Of a stretch of DNA of 64,000 nucleotides, positions 55,177 through 64,000 are shown one piece after another. The DNA is taken from IMG/VR virus record IMGVR_UViG_3300029288_005873, positions 224,001 through 288,000 of that record, one strand, 5' to 3'. Source of the stretch: a virus (lineage: Duplodnaviria; Caudoviricetes). A model generated the notes under the pieces. The model made no database searches, was not told the DNA's origin, and was given only the letters and a program-made list of their open reading frames with translations. Within the stretch, counting starts at the first letter, position 1, and each line of letters starts with the position of its first letter. Made by a program: the position numbers and the translations under genes.

Positions 55177-57499
55177 ATCCCGACCATCCGCAATCTAAAC
55201 AATGCATACAACCCTCTTCCATGCGGACGTTGGAGCTGCCACAAGCAGGATTTTTACATACGGCACTCTTGATTGCCAAACTTTTACCAAGGATTTTGTG
55301 TAACTCAGCAGCCAAAGTCCCAATTGTTCCATGCTCTCCAAGGATTTCGACCGCCTCAGCAAAATAACCTGTCCGCATAGCAAGAGAAAGAAAGCGCGTT
55401 ACCTTGTTGAGTTGCGTACTACTACGGTCAAGGTATTTCTGGATACGAGTTTCATCCACATCCTTTTCACGCAATAGACGTACCAGGTCATTACCTAATT
55501 TGGCAAAACGGTCATTTTCGCCGGTCTTGTAGTTTATAAGAAATACTTGATAAGGCTTTCTGAGATCACCATTTTCATACGAAACCGGTATGTAAAATTT
55601 ATCACCAGCTTCAGCTCTAGCTTCATATACTATAGTGTCTACCGGAAACGCCTTCTTTGAGAAGTCCTCTGTAACTAAAATTCCCTTGCGTGAACCTTCA
55701 CGGTAAACCGTCACACCCTTGAGTCCAGATTTCCAAGCTTCAAGATAGATATCACCCACAGTATTGACATCAGTATCTTTTGGCAAATTTATAGTACTAG
55801 ATATAGAGGCATCGGTATGCTTTTGTATAGTAGCTTGCATAGCAATTCGGAAATGATAATCTATTTCATGAGCGGTTACCCAAACAGATGGGTCTTCCTC
55901 TTCTTTGCCAGTAGCTGCCATAAAGCGAGAGAGTCCATGATGATGTATGGAAAACTCCTTGCTTTCCGTTCCAAGTTCTACAAAACGCCTATAACGCAAA
56001 TCGAAAATGGGTTCAATTCCACTAGAACACTGGGCAATTATACTAAGACTGCCAGAAGGGGCAACGGTTGAAATTGCTACGTTTCTCTGACCGCTCTTCC
56101 TCCCCATCTGTTTAATATTTTCGGGCAGAGTTTCACAAAAACCGCGTTCATAATGTCGTTCTGGATCGCAAAGTGGAAAGGCTCCGCGTTCAACTGCCAA
56201 ATCTATCGAAGCACAATATTCGCTGTCTCTTTTGGCAGACATTATACTATCCACTAAAGATAGTGCTTCATTAGAATCGTATCGTATGCCTAAAGACGCC
56301 AACATATCAGCTAAACCTGTAATACCTAAACCAATTCTTCTACCAAGTTTAGATGCTTCTTTTTGTTCAGCAAGAGCATGTTTGTCTAAATTTAACTCTA
56401 CAACATTATCCAAATGCCTTACTGCTCGTCGCGTCATTTGTCTAAAAAGGCACATATCAAAACGAGCCCGTGGAGTAAATGGATCAACCACAAAAGTGTG
56501 AAGAAGTAAAGAACCGAGTACACAACTTCCACCGCCCTCTAATACCTGTTCTCCACATGGATTGGTCGAATTTACACATAGTCTTGGATATGTATCTGAA
56601 GGAGACATATTAACCATTCTGTCCCAAAACATTAAACCGGGTTCAGCAGAATCGCGAGCACTTTGAATAATTCTTTGCCACAGATCCCTTGCGCGCACTT
56701 CACGCCTAATTGTCTCATGTTTTGTTACAAATAATTGCTCAAACATGGTATCGTTTACTACAGCTTCCATGAAAGAATCAGAAAGTTTTAGGCTAATATT
56801 TGCATACTTCACTTTTTCAGTATCACCATGTTTGACTTCAATAAAATCCAAAGCGTCGGGATGAGAAATTGGAAGCGTTATCATAAGAGCGCCACGGCGA
56901 CCAGCTTGACCAATTAAGCCCGTTGTCAAGGAGAACAAATCCATGAAGCTAACAGAACCAGTCGACTGACGAGCACTATTTGAGACCAAGGCATTACACG
57001 GACGTAATGGACCGATACATACTCCGATACCGCCACCGTATGAAAAAGTCTTAGCTAGCCTTTGGGCAGCGCCATAAATTCCCTCTATGCTATCTTCCTC
57101 AATTTTGGTAACATAACAATTCGAGAGTGTTGCATTTTTCATAAATGAATTGCCCAAGGCAAACATCTGGCGTCCCGCTGGCAAAAAGTAGTTGTACAAT
57201 TCCCGAAAATAGGAAGCTGGCGCTTTATTTCCTGACCACTCAGCTACAGTTTCACATTCAGAAATTGTGTTCGCCCAACGATCCTTGGCTTCATCAAGTG
57301 TGGTTTCCATGATAAAATTTTGGGCATTACGTAATGCATATTTTTTCAAAAAGATTGAGGCGGCAAATTCATCCCCGTTAAACGAGGTAAGAGCTTGACG
57401 AATCCTGGTTTTATTGAGACCAAGCCCAGTAAGTTCTTCGTCAGCCAGCATTCTTTTTGTTGTGGATTCGATATCGTCCACTAGGTAGATCATCTTCAT
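55169..57499 (-). CDS. nrdJ: Class II (adenosylcobalamin-dependent) ribonucleotide reductase
   Basis: NCYV, GGG.G, GRRGALM, AEPG, NPCGEQ, C.LGS, GLG.TGLAD, APSGS and a C-terminal zinc ribbon EEGC..C..CGWS.C. No adjacent beta subunit. Confidence 0.9.
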   Translation of the reverse strand: MKMIYLVDDIESTTKRMLADEELTGLGLNKTRIRQALTSFNGDEFAASIFLKKYALRNAQNFIMETTLDEAKDRWANTISECETVAEWSGNKAPASYFRELYNYFLPAGRQMFALGNSFMKNATLSNCYVTKIEEDSIEGIYGAAQRLAKTFSYGGGIGVCIGPLRPCNALVSNSARQSTGSVSFMDLFSLTTGLIGQAGRRGALMITLPISHPDALDFIEVKHGDTEKVKYANISLKLSDSFMEAVVNDTMFEQLFVTKHETIRREVRARDLWQRIIQSARDSAEPGLMFWDRMVNMSPSDTYPRLCVNSTNPCGEQVLEGGGSCVLGSLLLHTFVVDPFTPRARFDMCLFRQMTRRAVRHLDNVVELNLDKHALAEQKEASKLGRRIGLGITGLADMLASLGIRYDSNEALSLVDSIMSAKRDSEYCASIDLAVERGAFPLCDPERHYERGFCETLPENIKQMGRKSGQRNVAISTVAPSGSLSIIAQCSSGIEPIFDLRYRRFVELGTESKEFSIHHHGLSRFMAATGKEEEDPSVWVTAHEIDYHFRIAMQATIQKHTDASISSTINLPKDTDVNTVGDIYLEAWKSGLKGVTVYREGSRKGILVTEDFSKKAFPVDTIVYEARAEAGDKFYIPVSYENGDLRKPYQVFLINYKTGENDRFAKLGNDLVRLLREKDVDETRIQKYLDRSSTQLNKVTRFLSLAMRTGYFAEAVEILGEHGTIGTLAAELHKILGKSLAIKSAVCKNPACGSSNVRMEEGCMHCLDCGWSGCG

Positions 57500-57514
57500 G
57501 GCGCCGCCGCCCTC

Positions 57515-58123
57515 CTATTCGCAGAATTGTTGCTTAAGGCTTCGATTCTCCTTCAGCCTCCTAAGTGCATTTGCTTCGATTTGTTGAACGCGCTGTCTTG
57601 ATATACCAAGTGTATTTCCTATTTGCTGGAAAGTACAAGGCTCTTGACCGTCAAAACCAAACCGCATTTCCAATACCCGTCTATCATTATCGGAAAGATA
57701 ACTAAGGGCTTCTTTAATTGTTTTCCTATCTTCGTCAGTTTCAACAGTATCTTGTGTCTCCTGGGTACATTCAAAAAATGACGAATCACCTGAGGGGACT
57801 TCGTGTATACGTATTTGCCGCATAATTAATCTACGCACTCTGGTCCGTATATGCCAATTAGCAAACATAAAGAAGTTCCTACCACGTTCTGGTCTAAAAT
57901 CCTCTATAGCTTTGACTATACCTAGGCGCCCCTCTTGAAGTAGATCATCATATATTGGGGAGCCCTTATGTGATTTAATCCTTGATTGAACAAGAAATGT
58001 TAACCTAGATACAAGCTTGTTCTCCAATTTTTTTCTACTTTTTACATCAGTGGTATTCTTCAACCTATCTATGATAGGAATTATCTCTTCATTTCCAACT
58101 ATATAGTGGCGCTCACTCTCCAT
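57515..58123 (-). CDS. Sigma-70 family RNA polymerase sigma factor (regions 2 and 4)
   Basis: DLLQEG.LG..KA...F...RG..F..FA.W.IR; L..R.VL..RFG......T..QIG..LGISRQRV.QIE..AL.RL. Confidence 0.88.
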   Translation of the reverse strand: MESERHYIVGNEEIIPIIDRLKNTTDVKSRKKLENKLVSRLTFLVQSRIKSHKGSPIYDDLLQEGRLGIVKAIEDFRPERGRNFFMFANWHIRTRVRRLIMRQIRIHEVPSGDSSFFECTQETQDTVETDEDRKTIKEALSYLSDNDRRVLEMRFGFDGQEPCTFQQIGNTLGISRQRVQQIEANALRRLKENRSLKQQFCE

Positions 58124-58685
58124 CTTTTCCCTCCAAACTTTCCACCCTCAAGTGGGGAGGAGTCCAACCAATATCCAAATCCTCTCTGAAGATTGGACGA
58201 AGTCCATCTAAAGCATTTAGAACAAACTTGGATTTGGATAAAGCATATTTCATCGTTTCAAAAGTGCCGCCGCGCCTGCGTCCTACCCAAAAAGCCACTA
58301 CGAAATCCGATTCATCTACCATAAGACGATCGCGTTCATGATACTTTACCACATTATATAACCCCGTTGAGTCCACAATTGTTATTCCGGTGGCGGCTCG
58401 CATTTGTCTATCAAGTTCATGACGTTGATCTTTGGTCCAAAACTTTGCTTGGATCTGTGGAAGAAATGGTAGATAGAGCTTGAACTTAACACCATGCTCA
58501 ATAGCGGCAGATCCCATCCATTGATCAGCACCAATGGCTCCACCAAGATTGAGTGATAGTTCCTCGCCATATTCCCTTTTCAAAACACAAGCCACATCGC
58601 CCGCCTTAACAATAACATCGTCAATTTTGTAGTGGGACACAAGGAAAGGATCAGGTCTATGCCCTGTGATACAGACTCTAACCAT
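58113..58685 (-). CDS. SLOG-superfamily protein (YspA/DUF1273-like)
   Basis: ITGHRP, GGA.GAD, R...MVD.SD.V.A.W.G...GGT..T..YA. Confidence 0.8.
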   Translation of the reverse strand: MVRVCITGHRPDPFLVSHYKIDDVIVKAGDVACVLKREYGEELSLNLGGAIGADQWMGSAAIEHGVKFKLYLPFLPQIQAKFWTKDQRHELDRQMRAATGITIVDSTGLYNVVKYHERDRLMVDESDFVVAFWVGRRRGGTFETMKYALSKSKFVLNALDGLRPIFREDLDIGWTPPHLRVESLEGKDGE

Positions 58686-60120
58686 TTTTCACCTCATCAT
58701 TATCAAGAAGCCCAAAATCTTCCCCAAGGAATCGCCAAGAAGGGCCCGCTTCATCAAAAAGTAGAACTATGTTGCGTCCCTCATCATTCTTCATATAAAG
58801 CTCTACAGGAGCTGCCCAAAGTTCCCAAACATACTCCAACATATGTTGAGCATATTTTAAGTTTAGCGTTCCAAGTTCCTCAGTATCATGCCTTAGACAT
58901 ATTCTTTCTGAACTTGCATCAGTTACGACAATTTTAGGAGCCCAGTTATTATATCTAGGACGAACCAGCGCTTCTACAACGTCCTCAAGCATGCGACTTT
59001 TTATCTCGTATAGTGTTTCACCATCTTCATGACCAAAATATTCATTCTCTTGCCCAAACGTGAAGAGCTTCAATTCTTGTGCCATGTCGGCTGTTAAATA
59101 ATTCCTCAGAAAAGATATGTCGTCCTCATCTCGCATGACCTCGAATATCTTCTGCCGTCCGGTTATATTCGATTCGCCTTCATTATACTTTTTATCCCAC
59201 CTGATCTCTATATCCTTGAATATTTTATATCCCAAATAGTACGGATTTATATCAAGTGGATTACCAGGTTGTACTACGCGTTCATGTGTTCGAGCAAAAT
59301 CTATTGTCTCTTCAGGAGTCATACCAGAATATTGGTGTAATAATTCCGCATGCCAAAAAACTGCCCAGCCTTCGTTCATAATCTTTGTCATGCGTTGAGG
59401 ATAGAAGTAGAAAGCTTCTTCCCTTATCATGTCAAGAATATCACGCTCCCAATCCTCCAAAGGAGCATAGTTTATGAAAAACCATAGAAGGTCTTTTTCT
59501 GGATATGGTGGAAGTGTAGCGTTAACAACCTCTCGAATATGAGAGGGCTTTTCCCTCCGATTTGGATTCAGGTCATCGAACTCACCGACATCCAAAATTC
59601 GCTCTTCTACATGACGTTTTGGATATTTGCGTCTATAAAGACCCTTATGAATATCTATATGATCATCCATAGAAAAACCAATATCCATTATACATTCAAC
59701 GGCATCTAGTCCATATTGCTCTATATATTGATCTATCCTATTAGCATGCTCAGCAGCATGTTTTGCCATATTCCTATCACTGTCTTTGAACATGACATTT
59801 GTCTTGAAGAAGCTAGAGTGACCAAAACAATGAGCAACAATCAAAAGATTTTGTGTTTCTGTATTGCTATCCAGAACAAAAGCATATGATGGGTCATTAT
59901 TGGTGATCATTTCGAACACTTTTGAGAACCCCATCTCGCCATATATTCTTTGGTGCTCATAGGAACGACCATAACTCCAATGACGAGCTCTTGTGGGAAG
60001 ACCATAAGCACACACGTTATTCATGGTCTTCCCACTCACCATCTCAAAGACGACTGGAAAAAAGTCCAAGCCGTTCTTATGAGCTAGAGCTTCAATATCG
60101 GCAATCCGCGCATCCATCAT
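58678..60120 (-). CDS. spoVR: SpoVR/YcgB family protein
   Basis: GLP.R..HWS.G, AHC.GH..FFK.N, FYPQ..TKIMNEGWA.FWH, NPY.LG. Confidence 0.93.
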   Translation of the reverse strand: MMDARIADIEALAHKNGLDFFPVVFEMVSGKTMNNVCAYGLPTRARHWSYGRSYEHQRIYGEMGFSKVFEMITNNDPSYAFVLDSNTETQNLLIVAHCFGHSSFFKTNVMFKDSDRNMAKHAAEHANRIDQYIEQYGLDAVECIMDIGFSMDDHIDIHKGLYRRKYPKRHVEERILDVGEFDDLNPNRREKPSHIREVVNATLPPYPEKDLLWFFINYAPLEDWERDILDMIREEAFYFYPQRMTKIMNEGWAVFWHAELLHQYSGMTPEETIDFARTHERVVQPGNPLDINPYYLGYKIFKDIEIRWDKKYNEGESNITGRQKIFEVMRDEDDISFLRNYLTADMAQELKLFTFGQENEYFGHEDGETLYEIKSRMLEDVVEALVRPRYNNWAPKIVVTDASSERICLRHDTEELGTLNLKYAQHMLEYVWELWAAPVELYMKNDEGRNIVLLFDEAGPSWRFLGEDFGLLDNDEVKNG

Positions 60121-61298
60121 TTTGTTCCTTTTCCATCAACATCAAGGAATTGCCGCAAACACTCATATACGTCTTCACGTCTAGCTATTGCAGCTGTTAT
60201 GAAGCGACGCTCACCCATCAATTCAGCATTTTCCTCGATAGTATCATGAAGAGTTGACCAGGTCGGTGCGCTGGATGAAGCCGTCCATTTGTAGAAATGC
60301 TCGGAATATTTCACTTCTCCGTAGCCGACCGCCTGGCACATTCCTAGAAGTTCCTTGAATAATTCTAAACAACGACGATTGTCGTCCGAATCCCAATTAT
60401 CTCCATCAGAAAAGGAAAAAACATAATTATTCCATATCGATGTTGGAAATCTGTTTTCAATTATAGTCTTAGCAAGTTCAAGACCAGAACTGATTTTTGT
60501 TCCCCCACCATCGGAAATAGAAAAAAAGTTTTTCTCTTCTACCTCATGCGCTTCGACATCAAAAGCTATGAATACCACCCTTACATTCCTATATTTTAGC
60601 CTGAGGAAGCTAACAAGCCAAAAAAAGAATGATTTGACGATATATTTCTTTTCGTCTGTCATACTACCAGAACGATCCATTATCAGGGTAACCGAAGCAT
60701 TTGAATGTTTCTCAGTAGTATTCTCCCAAACTTTATACCTAACATCATTTGGGACAATTTTACCAAATCTGGGCTTTCCTGCTGCCGAATTTCGGCGAAG
60801 ATTCTCTATAAGCGTCCTTCTTATGTCTACATTCGGAGGCAAACCGCTTTCTGATATATCATGGAAAACCATCTCTTCTGTCTCTATCTCCACTTGATTT
60901 TCTTTACTTTCCAACCAAGGAAGACCAAGATCTTCAAGCATCATATCCACTACTTCGGAAAGCTCTACCTCTTCATCATAGACTTCTTCGCCAGGTTGAT
61001 CACCAGCTTTATTACCTTTTCCTGATCCTTTATCTGTCGCTATTATATCACCTGGATCTCCTTCACCGTGTCCAACCCACCTTTCTTTGGGATTTTTCCC
61101 AAACTTAAAACGCCAAGTATCCAGATACCGCACAGGAATTTTAACTTTGCGTTTTCCATCCGAAGAGATGATATTTTCCTCAGCAATCAATTCGCGTAGG
61201 TTTTCTTTGATAGCTTTCCTAACACGCTCCTTATGGCGCAGGGAATCGCGCCTTCCAGGCTGTCTCAATTCCCAAATATCCTTAAAAGAGTCGTTCAT
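60117..61298 (-). CDS. yeaH: YeaH/YhbH (DUF444) VWA-like protein
   Basis: D..RH, MD.SGSM...KK...KSFFF, GGT.ISS, SDGDNW..D, YGE. Confidence 0.9.
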   Translation of the reverse strand: MNDSFKDIWELRQPGRRDSLRHKERVRKAIKENLRELIAEENIISSDGKRKVKIPVRYLDTWRFKFGKNPKERWVGHGEGDPGDIIATDKGSGKGNKAGDQPGEEVYDEEVELSEVVDMMLEDLGLPWLESKENQVEIETEEMVFHDISESGLPPNVDIRRTLIENLRRNSAAGKPRFGKIVPNDVRYKVWENTTEKHSNASVTLIMDRSGSMTDEKKYIVKSFFFWLVSFLRLKYRNVRVVFIAFDVEAHEVEEKNFFSISDGGGTKISSGLELAKTIIENRFPTSIWNNYVFSFSDGDNWDSDDNRRCLELFKELLGMCQAVGYGEVKYSEHFYKWTASSSAPTWSTLHDTIEENAELMGERRFITAAIARREDVYECLRQFLDVDGKGTK

Positions 61299-61309
61299 TT
61301 CCTCTCCAA

Positions 61310-63271
61310 CTAATTGTTTTTACTAAGGATTGAACTAACATAACGCAAAAGGTCATTTGCGCTTTCAGGAGTATAACCACATTGTTCGCTTAGGGTCTTT
61401 ACAACTTCGTTCAATCTCTTTAGGGCTTCAGGATCAGGATTGCGCACAGATACTGTAAGCCTAATTATATCACTTCGTTCCTCGAAAAGCTGTTTCTGTA
61501 GAGCTTCCTTCAGTCTAGGATGACTCTGGTAATCATAACTACCAGTTTCGCTCTTGCTCTTTACCATCTTCCTATAAACTTCCTCACGGAACGAATCCTT
61601 ACCTCCATCTGTTACACCAATCTTCTCTTCGACGCTTCGCATAAGCCTATGGTTGGGTTCTTCCATCTCTCCCCAATCATTCTTGACTTTTTCCTTGTCT
61701 AGATAAGCCCCCACATTATCAAGATAGTTATTGAGAAGGTCTTTAATCTCATGTTCAAAATTGAGGAAGAATGCCTTTTGAATCTCATTGGTGGCGATTT
61801 TGTTATATTCCTCCATAACCGTAGTTATAATATCCTCGAACCGCGATATATCATCCTTGGTCAACTTGGCATTGGTAGCAAAACCCTCTTTGATGCTCCG
61901 AACAATATCCAAAGGAGTAATGTAGTTTTTGCCGCATTTTGTCAAACAAGCTGAAATACGGTTTACAATGTAACGCGGGCTAATTCCATCCATTCCCTCG
62001 CGTTCGGCGCTTTCACGAAGTTTCCTCTCATCATCCTTGCCAGTTCCATCAAGCTTCTCTCCATTGTACAGGCGCATCTTAGTCAAAGTTGTAAACGATG
62101 CGTCCTTAGGCTCCTCCAAGCGACTTAGAACGGCAAACATTGCCGCCAGACGAAGAGTGTGTGGAGCTATATGGATATCTTTGAACCCATGGGCTTTGGA
62201 AATAAGTTTCTCATATATCTTAATCTCGTCGTCAAGTTTAAGATTGTATGGGAACTTAATCACCCAAAGGCGGTCATGTAATGCTTCCTCTTCCTTCTGA
62301 CCTAGAAACTTGAGATATTCTGTTTCATTTGTGTGCGAAATCACAACTAGATCCGCAAAAATAAGTGGAAAATTCTGAGCTTTAATCCTTTTCTCCTGGG
62401 CAAGCGTTAGAAGGATGTGGCGAAATTTACGATCCACCTTTAGGAGTTCTATAAACTCCATCATTCCACGATTTGCCTTGTTCAACTCACCATTAAAATC
62501 AAACGCAAGGGGGTGTGACTCTGATCCAAGTTCTGCTAGCTTAGCAAAATTTACAGATCCTGTCAATTCTGACTGATTCTGCGATTTTGAATCAGCGGGC
62601 TGAAATGTACCAATACCTACTCTATCTGCTTCAGACATAAATACGCGTTCAACCGGCATGGACATAAAATCCCCATTAAACTCGTTCTTAAGTCTATATG
62701 CGCAACGTGGACATAGATCGCCCTCGATCCCTATACCAAGCTGCTCTTTTAATTTTGCGCGTGCAGCTTTTGGTACGGCATTCAAAGGATTTTCCTGCAT
62801 AGGACAATCCTTCAGTGCAAAAATTCGTCCAGCCTTGGTGCGAGAAAAGCGTTCAAGACCCTCCTTTAGGAGGATTGCAAACTGTGATTTTCCAGAACTC
62901 GTCGGACCATAAAGCAAAAGAATGCGTCGACTAACATCCGAACCTGCCGCCGCTGCTTTGAAATATTCCATAACACTATTTAGCGTATCATTGATGCCAA
63001 ATAGTTCATTAGTGAAGAAGGAATATTCTGGCCTCTCTTTCTTTTCATCCTTTTCTCCAAATTTGATGCCTGCCGTCTCAATCATCCGCCAGAGCCTGGC
63101 GTGGGCGGATTCTGCCAACGAGTTATCATCACGCACCATTGGAAGGAATTCGCGCAATGTACCAGTCCAAGGTTCCAAATCCTCGTCGGCTGCGCATTCC
63201 TCAATCATAGAGACGATATCAAATATGTCTTCGCCATCTTTTTTGTTACGCTTGCCGGTGTTTACAATCAT
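61310..63271 (-). CDS. prkA: PrkA/YeaG AAA+ serine protein kinase
   Basis: LL.GP..SGKS, CPM.E.PL, G.LCP.C, GIGTF.P.D, GELN.ANRGMMEFIE.LK, HTNE.E, EAL.DR, GM.GISPRY. Confidence 0.93.
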   Translation of the reverse strand: MIVNTGKRNKKDGEDIFDIVSMIEECAADEDLEPWTGTLREFLPMVRDDNSLAESAHARLWRMIETAGIKFGEKDEKKERPEYSFFTNELFGINDTLNSVMEYFKAAAAGSDVSRRILLLYGPTSSGKSQFAILLKEGLERFSRTKAGRIFALKDCPMQENPLNAVPKAARAKLKEQLGIGIEGDLCPRCAYRLKNEFNGDFMSMPVERVFMSEADRVGIGTFQPADSKSQNQSELTGSVNFAKLAELGSESHPLAFDFNGELNKANRGMMEFIELLKVDRKFRHILLTLAQEKRIKAQNFPLIFADLVVISHTNETEYLKFLGQKEEEALHDRLWVIKFPYNLKLDDEIKIYEKLISKAHGFKDIHIAPHTLRLAAMFAVLSRLEEPKDASFTTLTKMRLYNGEKLDGTGKDDERKLRESAEREGMDGISPRYIVNRISACLTKCGKNYITPLDIVRSIKEGFATNAKLTKDDISRFEDIITTVMEEYNKIATNEIQKAFFLNFEHEIKDLLNNYLDNVGAYLDKEKVKNDWGEMEEPNHRLMRSVEEKIGVTDGGKDSFREEVYRKMVKSKSETGSYDYQSHPRLKEALQKQLFEERSDIIRLTVSVRNPDPEALKRLNEVVKTLSEQCGYTPESANDLLRYVSSILSKNN

Positions 63272-63345
63272 ATGAATCCTTTTTCATGAAGACGTCGGGT
63301 TTTCCAAACAAAGATATTATACGGATGGGCTCGGCAAAATTCAAC

Positions 63346-63621
63346 CTACTTTTTTCCCATCTTGTCTTCTCCAATAATATCAGCAAGAGCATCCTCGTCG
63401 CCACCCTTGATTTTTTCAGCAATTTTCTTAGCCTCTGGCTCCAGGACATTTTTGAAATATTCCCTGCTACCCATTTCTACTTTGCCAAATGTTCCTGAAA
63501 TCATTCTAAATACATTACCACAATGACAAGCTGGGCATTCTTTTGGTGGTGGATCGCCGATCGCCGCAAGTTCATCAAATTCATTTCCACAGTCACGGCA
63601 TTTGTAGTCATATATAGGCAT
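63346..63621 (-). CDS. FmdB-family zinc-ribbon protein
   Basis: MPIYDYKC..CG..F...CPAC; GGAGG SD. Confidence 0.85.
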   Translation of the reverse strand: MPIYDYKCRDCGNEFDELAAIGDPPPKECPACHCGNVFRMISGTFGKVEMGSREYFKNVLEPEAKKIAEKIKGGDEDALADIIGEDKMGKK

Positions 63622-63632
63622 ATATCCTCCCA

Positions 63633-64000
63633 TTATACAGATGTATAATCTCCAACATCCCAATCACTTGGGCAATCATATAAACGCATTAGATCTAAAC
63701 GCTTCTGAAGCACTATAATTCCTTGTTCGCCGTCTCTATTCTTTACAATATGACATCTCATGTCCTTCAAAAGATGTTCATCCTTTCGTTTCTCTATGTT
63801 TATGATTATACTAGCATTTTGCGCAAGCATAAGACTTCTAGCCATCCTATCCTGATCCGGTCTCGCTTGACGTGAGGATTCTTCCTTTGGAGGTCTGTTT
63901 AGCTGCGCTGGTGAAATAACAGGTACATGGTTTACACGAATAAATTCATGCGCTTGCTCTGCTATTTTGCCAACCTTGAGCCAATCCTGCCCAGCTTCAC
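63633..64000 (-). CDS. DnaB-like replicative helicase, C-terminal part (start lies beyond the window)
   Basis: The frame is open to the window end: DWLKVGKIAE...VPVISPAQLNR...ARS..LAQNAS...IVKNRDG. Confidence 0.8.
   Translation of the reverse strand, partial: EAGQDWLKVGKIAEQAHEFIRVNHVPVISPAQLNRPPKEESSRQARPDQDRMARSLMLAQNASIIINIEKRKDEHLLKDMRCHIVKNRDGEQGIIVLQKRLDLMRLYDCPSDWDVGDYTSV

Noticed and set aside
1-64000. Alternative genetic code (TAG or TGA reassignment)
   Set aside because: Long conserved genes (nrdJ, prkA, spoVR, thyX) are uninterrupted in code 11, and TAG/TGA end genes at the expected positions.

Overview
This window looks like a 64-kb segment of a very large (jumbo/huge) bacteriophage genome. 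Almost every gene lies on the minus strand. Many are short hypothetical ORFs, and host-like genes occur outside their normal operons. Read in the direction of transcription (right to left), it contains: (1) a DnaB-like helicase end, an FmdB zinc ribbon, a prkA/yeaG-yeaH-spoVR operon, a SLOG protein, a sigma-70-type factor, a class II ribonucleotide reductase and a PIN-PhoH carrying a class 3 intein; (2) probable virion proteins, Map, Tmk, an amidase endolysin, a double-domain ThyX and an FAD oxidoreductase; (3) a 1216-aa ASCH/zincin/topoisomerase IB protein punctuated by a recurring P[IL]SKRA motif, an M14-SET fusion and a fibre-like protein; (4) a glycosylation locus (aldolase, HAD, KdsB-like cytidylyltransferase, GT29 sialyltransferase-like enzyme, radical SAM, methyltransferases, SGNH); (5) an AT-rich intergenic hub with a 5x GTGG MraZ-type array; (6) a GC-rich island (about 6.7-17.5 kb) with duplicated promoter-like elements, three twister ribozymes, a minimal kinase, a stand-alone ribosomal protein S12 gene, a tRNA-like RNA and tandem repeats; (7) Hfq-like, L7/L12-like and DnaJ-like genes, two tRNA-Leu genes, a tandem EndoVII nuclease and repeated transglutaminase-like domains. 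The strongest candidates for a new system are the ribozyme-segmented island carrying uS12, the phage CMP-ulosonate/GT29 pathway and the SKRA-punctuated polyprotein. All calls come from motif recognition by eye; no searches were run.
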